This document shows, piece after piece, positions 57,139 through 64,000 of a stretch of DNA of 64,000 nucleotides. This stretch comes from Bacteroidales bacterium. Lineage in GTDB: Bacteria; Bacteroidota; Bacteroidia; Bacteroidales; B18-G4. Every line of letters starts with the position of its first letter. Position 1 is the stretch's first letter. Where the stretch lies: positions 2,445 through 66,444 of the forward strand of contig JAXGTH010000002.1 of the NCBI GenBank assembly GCA_040775045.1. Direction: 5' to 3'. Both the position numbers and the translations under genes were made by a program. The notes under the pieces were generated by a model. It made no database searches and was not told the DNA's origin. It saw only the letters and a program-made list of their open reading frames with translations.

Positions 57139-57819
57139 TTAGATTTTTCCCCGCATGATCCTTTTGAGGGCTTCCCTGTGGCTGAGGCCTGAGAGGTCCT
57201 GGGACTGGACAAAACGCACCACGAAATCAGGATCGGTCTTGGAATACTCCCTGAGGATCCAGCCGATAGCCTTACGGATAAAGAATTCCTTTGAATCCTT
57301 CAGGCGGAGGATCACGCTTGTGAGCAGGCGCGTATCCGTTCCGCTCCGGTACTTGAGCTGGAACAATATGGCACTGCGTTGCAGCCAGATGTTTCCTGAA
57401 TTGATCCACTTATTGACGTAGGCAGCCCGCTCACCGGGGTATTGGAGCAGATGGTACCCGACCAGCGTAGGAGCGATCAGGTCGACCGTGTCCCACCATC
57501 CCTGGTCGGGGATCAGTTTCTCGTAAAGGTAAATGGCATCGTGACCCAATTGCTTTTTCATTTTTACCAGCAGTTCCAATGCAAAATATTTGTATTCGCG
57601 ATGGGGCATCTCCCAGCATGATTCAACCAAAGGGATGACCTCCTGCAGCCCGGGCAATCCATTTTCCTTAAAAAATTGCTTTGTGAGTTCGCGCCTGAGC
57701 GGGGTGGGCAACCCGAGGTATTCGAACCGGCCCTTCATATAGGCATTCATCTGTGCTGCTTTACCGGGATCGGCATGCTCCTCGTAGAGGGCGATAAGGG
57801 ATTTGATGGAATAGCTCAT
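57139..57819 (-). CDS. DNA alkylation repair protein (AlkD-like HEAT repeats)
   Basis: 'AQMNAYMKGRFEYLGLPTPLRR', 'WWDTVD' and 'FFIRKAIGWILREYSK' are characteristic blocks. ATG at 57819; an upstream GTG at 57843 is possible. Confidence 0.75.
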   Translation of the reverse strand: MSYSIKSLIALYEEHADPGKAAQMNAYMKGRFEYLGLPTPLRRELTKQFFKENGLPGLQEVIPLVESCWEMPHREYKYFALELLVKMKKQLGHDAIYLYEKLIPDQGWWDTVDLIAPTLVGYHLLQYPGERAAYVNKWINSGNIWLQRSAILFQLKYRSGTDTRLLTSVILRLKDSKEFFIRKAIGWILREYSKTDPDFVVRFVQSQDLSGLSHREALKRIMRGKI

Positions 57820-57873
57820 GCTTACTAAGGAGTACCCGGTCACACAGGTCTCCGGACCTGTGTGACCGGTTGG

Positions 57874-60213
57874 TTATCTGAGATAAATGAATTTCTGCCT
57901 GTCGAGTGATTGTTCATGTTCCCCGCGGACCACGGCCAGGTATGTGCCGGGTTGCAATCCCTCCGGGGTCCAGTTAATTTGCCTTTTATTACTCCGTAAC
58001 AGGATCTTTTCAACAAGTTTCCCGTCCATGGAATAGATCTCCAGCGCGGTGGCTTCCCCGGAGGAGATATCAAAAGTGAATTTTCCCGATGAAGGATTGG
58101 GGAAAATGCGGAGATGCCCTTTTTCGGCTTCGCCCGGGAACTCCCGGTCGTAAACAGAAAGGTCCCACACAGCCAGCGTATATTCACCCATCTGCAGATT
58201 TTCCACGTAGATATAACCGATCGACCAGGTGCCGAGTACCGTGAAATCAACGGCCTGCCATTCCATTCCGGCATGCTCCCTGAAAAGGATCACCACCGAA
58301 TCACTCTCGCTCAGGATGAGGGTATTGTCCAGGCCGGTCTTGCTGTAAAAGAAACGTCCCTTCGCATTGAAGGTTTCCGGTACCAGTCCCTTAAGGGTCC
58401 AGTAGCGGTAGTCGGAGAGCCGCAGATCGGGAACGGGCACCACCATGCTGTCAGGAGGGGCCATATTATGGGTGGCCTGCACAAAAGCCGAGTCGGAGAG
58501 CTCGAACACTTCCAGCGAAAAATAAGTCTCGGGGAAGTTTACCTCACCGGTTTCCTCGATCACCCTGTAATTATCCACCGTGGCGTCGAAATACCTTTCC
58601 TCCAGGTCGAGGAACACTTCTTCAGGGTAAAAGGGAACCGTGCAGGTGGTATGCCCGCTTGTTCCGGAAAAATGGATGGTATCGGTATAAGTGTTCCACT
58701 GGTTGTCCATCACCGTGAAGGCGATCCGGTTGTCATTGCCCGTGAAGGCCGGCCCTTTCCTTTTCTGTTTCACATATACTGTCACATCGCTGGTACCCAT
58801 ATGTGGGACCACGGAAAAGGAGTCGATGGAATAATGGGGTGTTCCCCCATGATAAACCCAGTTGTTGAAGAAACCCGACATGTCGGTGCCGGTATTGGCT
58901 GTAAAATTCGCTTCCATATCGTACGACGACACTGACGTGAAGGCAAGGTCATCGAGAAAGGATTTACATGCTTCAAAAAAGACCTCATCGCCAAGGTAAG
59001 CCCTCAGCGCCTGTACCACCGTGGCACCTTTGTCGTAGGCACTGGTGCCGTAAGTGTATTCCTGTGGGATATTATTGAGTGGATGATAGCCTCCTTCCTC
59101 CGTATGACACCCCTGCAGTACCGAGGCATGCATATCACGCATCTGGGTCTTGAAAAAATCCACCCCGTCGAGGGCCTCCACATAATAATGTTCGCAGAAC
59201 GTGGCCCAGCCTTCGTTGATCCACATCTCCCCGGCCTTGTCGCAGGTTACCTTATCGCCGAACCACATGTGGGAGAGTTCATGGGCATAAAGGCTTTCGT
59301 AAGATGCGTTGCCTGTAATGCAGAAGTTCGGGTATGCAATATTGGTGGCATGTTCCATGGCGCCCAGGGCAGTGCCCACATAACCGATCCTGTGCCAGGA
59401 GTAGGGTCCGAAGCGGTCCTCGTAAAGAGCGGTGATCTCCTTGATCCGCTCGAATGAGCCCGGCACCTTGGCGGTGTCACCAGGCTTTACATAATAAGTG
59501 ATCGGGATAGTACGCTCCAGCCCCTCATAGGTATCTTCCACAAGGGCATATTCTCCAACCGCCACTGAGACCAGATAAGTGGGTACCTGCTGTGCAAGAT
59601 GCCAGTGATAAGTTGATGTGCCGTTGCCGTTGATGGTCACTCCAACCAGCTCTCCCCCGCCGACGGCCATCTTGCCGTCGGGAACAGTAGCCAGCACATC
59701 GTAGGTGGCCCTGTCCGTGAAATCATCGATGCATGGAAACCAGGTCTTGCCAAGGTTATGGGGGATCCAGCTGATGCCAACGCCCAGGTTGAAAGCATAG
59801 GAACCGGAATAATGAAAACCTCCCCAGCTCTCGTGGAAAGGCTCACCGTGGTATTGCACCTGTATATCGATAGTGTCGCCTACCGAGACGGTTGTCAGGG
59901 TAGGGATGAGGATAATATTGTTGTCAAAGACAGCCTGGACCTCCACTCCATCTACAAATACGGCATCCACCACCAAGGGCTCCATCAGTTCAAGCGGGAC
60001 CGCGTCAAGGTTATCGACCAGGGGAGTGAGGGTGACCGTGGTGGCAGCCGTTATGGTCTTGGCATCCGTATCGATCTCCTGCAGGTCGATTACATAATGG
60101 ACGGCATGGATGGTGTCGCCCGGTGTAACCTGCCCCTGGATGTGCTGAAAAACAAATATACTGGCCATACCCAAAATGGCACAGTGGAATAAAGTTCTTT
60201 GATGGGTTTTCAT
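57874..60213 (-). CDS. M1 family aminopeptidase with T9SS C-terminal sorting domain
   Basis: Zn motif 'HELSHMWFGD' plus 'WINEGWATF'. The C-terminal approximately 80 aa ('LRIFPNPSSGKFTFD...YLAVVRGE...FIYLR') look like a Por/T9SS CTD. Confidence 0.85.
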   Translation of the reverse strand: MKTHQRTLFHCAILGMASIFVFQHIQGQVTPGDTIHAVHYVIDLQEIDTDAKTITAATTVTLTPLVDNLDAVPLELMEPLVVDAVFVDGVEVQAVFDNNIILIPTLTTVSVGDTIDIQVQYHGEPFHESWGGFHYSGSYAFNLGVGISWIPHNLGKTWFPCIDDFTDRATYDVLATVPDGKMAVGGGELVGVTINGNGTSTYHWHLAQQVPTYLVSVAVGEYALVEDTYEGLERTIPITYYVKPGDTAKVPGSFERIKEITALYEDRFGPYSWHRIGYVGTALGAMEHATNIAYPNFCITGNASYESLYAHELSHMWFGDKVTCDKAGEMWINEGWATFCEHYYVEALDGVDFFKTQMRDMHASVLQGCHTEEGGYHPLNNIPQEYTYGTSAYDKGATVVQALRAYLGDEVFFEACKSFLDDLAFTSVSSYDMEANFTANTGTDMSGFFNNWVYHGGTPHYSIDSFSVVPHMGTSDVTVYVKQKRKGPAFTGNDNRIAFTVMDNQWNTYTDTIHFSGTSGHTTCTVPFYPEEVFLDLEERYFDATVDNYRVIEETGEVNFPETYFSLEVFELSDSAFVQATHNMAPPDSMVVPVPDLRLSDYRYWTLKGLVPETFNAKGRFFYSKTGLDNTLILSESDSVVILFREHAGMEWQAVDFTVLGTWSIGYIYVENLQMGEYTLAVWDLSVYDREFPGEAEKGHLRIFPNPSSGKFTFDISSGEATALEIYSMDGKLVEKILLRSNKRQINWTPEGLQPGTYLAVVRGEHEQSLDRQKFIYLR

Positions 60214-60459
60214 CTCGATCCTGTTAAGTTATGACGGAAGAAATTAACTTGAATAACAAATGTACTTAAATATTCATACATTTGAGGTGGATATCTGGTC
60301 AGGAACGGCTATTGTTCGCATTTGGACATCAATGGTAGCAAAACGAACACTTTAAAATGTATTCTTATGTTCCGGCTCCTAAAATTGCCTGTAAATCAGA
60401 AGTTTATTAAAGTGGCATATTTTTAGGTGCTTAAGGGAAAAACCATAAAAAAGATAACA

Positions 60460-61923
60460 ATGATTAAAACCACTTCTCTTTCAGAGCGTACTTTTTTTCA
60501 GTTGATCCTCACCGGGATCATCCTCAGCATGATGATCCTTTTAGGCAGTGCTTCCTTGCGGGCCCAGCAGTTATGGTCATTGCAGGATTGCATTGATTAT
60601 GCCTTCGAGCACAACCTCGACATCAAGAAGCAGGTGCTGGCGGTGGAAACAAACAAGGCCAATGTACTCCAGAGCAAGCTTGGGACCTTGCCCAGTATCG
60701 GTGCCGGGGCAAGCACGTCAAACAACTGGGGCAGGACCATCGACAGGTTTACCAATGAATTCGCCACCACGCGTGTAAGGTCCGACAACTTATACCTGCA
60801 GGGAAGCATGACCCTGTTCAGCGGTCTGCAAAAGGTGAACCAGATCAGGAAAAACCAGTTGGCCCTGGATTATTCCCAGTTTTATCTCGACAACCTGATG
60901 GATGATATTTCCCTGACGGTCGCAGGGTATTATCTCGATATCCTGTTCAACAGGGAATTGCTGATGGTGGCGAGGGAGCAGCTGGATGTAACACAGCAGC
61001 AGGTAAAAAGGATGGAAAAACTCGTTGAAGCCGGGACCCTGGCCAGGGGTGACCTGTTGAACATACAGGCGCAGGCCGCACTAGAAGAGCTTCAGGTGGT
61101 GGAGGCCGAGAACAGGCTGGAAATATCCTACCTCAGCCTCATGCAACTGATCGATCTTCCTGTCGATGAAGCTTTTGAAGTGCAGGTACCCAGGCTCCGG
61201 TCGGTCGACAAGCCGTCCATCGATGTCACTTCCAGCCAGGTATACAGCTATGCCATCATCAACAGGCCGGAGGTGAAACTGGCCGAACTGAATGTCGACA
61301 TTGCCAGGCGCGACATCTCCATTGCCCGTGGCATGCAAAGCCCCACGCTGAGTCTCAGCGGCTCATGGGGAAGCGGGTATTCGGGCTTGAACACCATCCC
61401 CCTCGACCCCATCACGGTCGAGCAGGAGATCGGGTATACGGCGAGTGGTGAGCCTGTATATGTACCAAACACCATCTACATGGACAGCAAGGTAAAGGAA
61501 TGGGGCGACCAGCTTTCGGATAACAATAACCGTTCAGTTGGGTTTTTTCTCAACATTCCCATCTTCAACGGCTGGCAAACCAGGAATGCCATCACAAGGG
61601 CAAAGATTGCCATGGAAAGTGCAGAATATGACCTGCAGCTGACCAAAAACAACCTCCGGAAGACCATCGAACAGTCCTATGCCGATGCGGTGGCTGCCCT
61701 GAAACGGTACGGTTCGACCCTGAAACAGGTCGAAGCACAGGAGGAAGCCTTTAAATATGCAGAACAAAAATTTGATGTGGGCCTGATCAACTCCGTTGAA
61801 TACAACGAGATCAAGAAGGAGCTCACCCTGGCACAGTCGGACCTGCTGCAGGCAAAATATGATTATATCTTTAAGACCACAATTTTAAGTTTTTACATGG
61901 GAAATCCGCTTTCGATCGAATAG
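60460..61923 (+). CDS. TolC-family outer membrane efflux protein
   Basis: Signal peptide ending 'SLRAQQ', then the typical 'LWSLQDCIDYAFEHNLDIK' start of OEP proteins and a duplicated coiled-coil architecture. Confidence 0.85.
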   Translation: MIKTTSLSERTFFQLILTGIILSMMILLGSASLRAQQLWSLQDCIDYAFEHNLDIKKQVLAVETNKANVLQSKLGTLPSIGAGASTSNNWGRTIDRFTNEFATTRVRSDNLYLQGSMTLFSGLQKVNQIRKNQLALDYSQFYLDNLMDDISLTVAGYYLDILFNRELLMVAREQLDVTQQQVKRMEKLVEAGTLARGDLLNIQAQAALEELQVVEAENRLEISYLSLMQLIDLPVDEAFEVQVPRLRSVDKPSIDVTSSQVYSYAIINRPEVKLAELNVDIARRDISIARGMQSPTLSLSGSWGSGYSGLNTIPLDPITVEQEIGYTASGEPVYVPNTIYMDSKVKEWGDQLSDNNNRSVGFFLNIPIFNGWQTRNAITRAKIAMESAEYDLQLTKNNLRKTIEQSYADAVAALKRYGSTLKQVEAQEEAFKYAEQKFDVGLINSVEYNEIKKELTLAQSDLLQAKYDYIFKTTILSFYMGNPLSIE

Positions 61924-62034
61924 AAGAACTTATCTTTGACCTTTGGAGCGTGCCCGGTGAGTTTCACCGGTGGGATTCCGGTGTTCACGGAATCGCTTTT
62001 TAAGATACTGATTAACAGATAAATATAGCGCCTA

Positions 62035-63366
62035 ATGTTCAAAAAGAAAAGAACCTGGATCATCATCATTGTTGTGGTGCTGGTGATCCTTATCATTTTT
62101 GCCGTAAATAAGGGCAATACAGGCAGCGGCCTTGCCGTGACCGTTGAGGAGGTCAAAACAGGCAGCATCATTGAAACCGTATCAGCCAATGGTAAGATAC
62201 AGCCTGCGCAGGACGTGATGATTTCACCTTATATTTCAGGAGAGGTGGTTGAACTCTACGTCAAGGAGGGCGATGAGGTTGAAACGGGCGATCTGCTGGT
62301 AAAGATTGATCCAGAGATCTATATTTCCGCTTTCGAAAGGGCCGAAGCCAATCTGAGTTCCCAGCAGGCCAACCTGGCCAATTCCAAGGCAAGGCTGGCC
62401 CAGGCCGAAGCCCAGTTCACCAACGCCAGGGTCAGTTATGAACGGAACAAGTCGCTCTGGGAACAGAATGTGATCGCCCAGTCGGAATACGATGCCTCGA
62501 AAGCCAACTACGAAGTGGCCAGGGCTGAGGTCGACGCTGCCGCGCAAACGGTAGCCAGTGCCGAATTCGCTATCAGGAGTGCCCAGGCCACCCTTAGGGA
62601 GGCCAGGGACAACCTGCAGAAAACCACGGTTGCGGCCCCCAACAGTGGAACGGTGTCAAAACTGAATGTGGAGAAAGGGGAAAGGGTGACCGGAGCATCC
62701 CAGTTTTCGGCAGGGACCGAGATCATGCGCATTGCCAACCTTCAGAATATGGAAGTCAATGTTGAAGTGAACGAGAACGATATTGTAAGGGTATCGCTTT
62801 TTGATACCTGTACCATTGAGGTGGATGCCTATCTGAACAAGGAATTCCTCGGAGTCGTCACCGAGATTGCCACTTCTGCCAACACTGTCGGGGTGAGCGC
62901 CGAACAGGTCACGAATTTCGATGTGAAGATCATGGTCTTGCCCGAATCCTATGCCGATTTGGTTCCCGGGGATGATCCAACCTATTCACCGCTGCGGCCC
63001 GGTATGTCGGCCACCGTAGAGATCCAGACGGAGTATGCCAAGGATGTGCTGATCATCCCTATCGGGGCAGTGACCACCAGGACCGATACCGTTGCCCCTG
63101 CTGAAACTCCCGAGGCCAGCACCGGCGAAGGGAACGCAGGGGATGAGAAGGAATTTGTAGAAGTGGTATTCCTGAACGACAATGGCGTCGCCAGGATGCA
63201 GGAGGTGGAGATCGGTATCCAGGACAACACCAATATTGAGGTCAGGGGAGGACTTGAAGCCGGCCAGCAGGTAGTTACCGGACCTTACAGCCTGGTATCG
63301 AAAATCCTCAAGGATGGCGATGAGTTGAAGATAACCAAAAGGGAAGACCTCTTTAAAGAAGAATAG
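62035..63366 (+). CDS. Efflux transporter periplasmic adaptor subunit (MacA/HlyD-like)
   Basis: N-terminal TM, lipoyl-like 'ISPYISGEVVELYVKEGDEVETGDLLVKID', a long coiled coil, and a beta-barrel with 'APNSGTVSKLNVEKGERV'. Confidence 0.85.
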   Translation: MFKKKRTWIIIIVVVLVILIIFAVNKGNTGSGLAVTVEEVKTGSIIETVSANGKIQPAQDVMISPYISGEVVELYVKEGDEVETGDLLVKIDPEIYISAFERAEANLSSQQANLANSKARLAQAEAQFTNARVSYERNKSLWEQNVIAQSEYDASKANYEVARAEVDAAAQTVASAEFAIRSAQATLREARDNLQKTTVAAPNSGTVSKLNVEKGERVTGASQFSAGTEIMRIANLQNMEVNVEVNENDIVRVSLFDTCTIEVDAYLNKEFLGVVTEIATSANTVGVSAEQVTNFDVKIMVLPESYADLVPGDDPTYSPLRPGMSATVEIQTEYAKDVLIIPIGAVTTRTDTVAPAETPEASTGEGNAGDEKEFVEVVFLNDNGVARMQEVEIGIQDNTNIEVRGGLEAGQQVVTGPYSLVSKILKDGDELKITKREDLFKEE

Positions 63367-63395
63367 CGATTATTGATCCCTATAAACCTTTTTCC

Positions 63396-64000
63396 GTGTC
63401 ACTGATATTGAACATTGAAACGGCTACACAGGTTTGTTCCGTAGGTGTTTCCCGGCAGGGAGAAACGATTGCCCTGAAAGAAAGCGACGAAAAGAACATC
63501 CATGCGGCCAGGGTTACTTTGTTTGCCGAGGAGGTTTGCCGGCAGGCAGGGCTCAAGATGGATGAACTTACCGCTGTGGCCGTGAGCATGGGACCGGGAT
63601 CCTATACCGGCCTCCGGATAGGGGTTTCGGCAGCAAAAGGTTTCTGCTACGGGCTCGATATCCCGCTGATCGCCGTTCCAAGCCTGCAGGCCATGGCTTA
63701 CGGTGCCAGATTAACCGTAATGGAAAATGGTTATCCGGAAGGGGATATCCTGTTTTGCCCGATGATCGATGCACGGCGAATGGAAGTATATACAGCATTG
63801 TATGACCATGAAGGGATCATGGTGAGGGATACTGAAGCCATGATCGTGGGCGAGGGGTCATTTGCAAATGAACGGGAAGACCATACGATCTGTTTTTTTG
63901 GCGACGGGGCGGAAAAGTGCAAAAACGTTCTCGATCACAAACGCATGATCTTCCTGGAAGGGAATTTCAATTCGGCTGTAAACGTGGCGGTGCTGGCCCA
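63396..64000 (+). CDS. tsaB: tRNA t6A37 threonylcarbamoyltransferase complex subunit TsaB (3' end truncated by the window)
   Basis: My own translation of the open frame gives 'LILNIETATQVCSVGV...AVSMGPGSYTGLRIGVSAAKGFCYGLDIPLIAV'. It is not in the ORF track because no stop lies inside the window. The start is probably GTG 63396 or TTG 63408. Confidence 0.8.
   Translation, partial: MSLILNIETATQVCSVGVSRQGETIALKESDEKNIHAARVTLFAEEVCRQAGLKMDELTAVAVSMGPGSYTGLRIGVSAAKGFCYGLDIPLIAVPSLQAMAYGARLTVMENGYPEGDILFCPMIDARRMEVYTALYDHEGIMVRDTEAMIVGEGSFANEREDHTICFFGDGAEKCKNVLDHKRMIFLEGNFNSAVNVAVLA

Overview
The window is a largely housekeeping chromosomal segment from a Bacteroidota-type genome. This is inferred from TAnnTTTG -7 promoter boxes, near-absent Shine-Dalgarno sites, the ileS-dksA-lspA and rnc-fabF-acpP arrangements, an IPExxxVDY protein, a detached atpD-atpC pair with a short epsilon subunit, and a T9SS C-terminal sorting domain. 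About 58 protein genes are supported. They include LPS glycosyltransferases, trkAH, an aminotransferase/omega-amidase pair and pgk. There is also a Na+-pumping methylmalonyl-CoA decarboxylase operon (mce-mmdADCB) and a TetR-TolC-HlyD-ABC2 efflux operon resembling cecR-ybhGFSR. Further genes are MltF, a tandem DUF3857/transglutaminase/DUF3858 pair, peptidases, purN, pgi, a two-component system and a partial tsaB. I saw no rRNA, tRNA, CRISPR array, transposase, integrase or prophage genes. The most system-like oddity is an orphan nucleotidyl-cyclase-like protein with unassigned terminal modules, divergently paired with a 2H cyclic phosphodiesterase (28.4-30.0 kb). It is a candidate cyclic-nucleotide signalling unit, but this is unproven. 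Other points worth a second look: (1) an AT-rich four-helix-bundle (Avd / 23S-IVS family) cassette bracketed by a 13/14 inverted repeat in the middle of the efflux operon; (2) an orphan promoter-plus-terminator unit upstream of pgi, a candidate sRNA or leader; (3) an active/inactive transglutaminase paralog pair; (4) two families of short intergenic repeats plus unusual 8-bp and 35-bp tandem arrays. All functional calls rest on motif recognition by eye. No database search was run.
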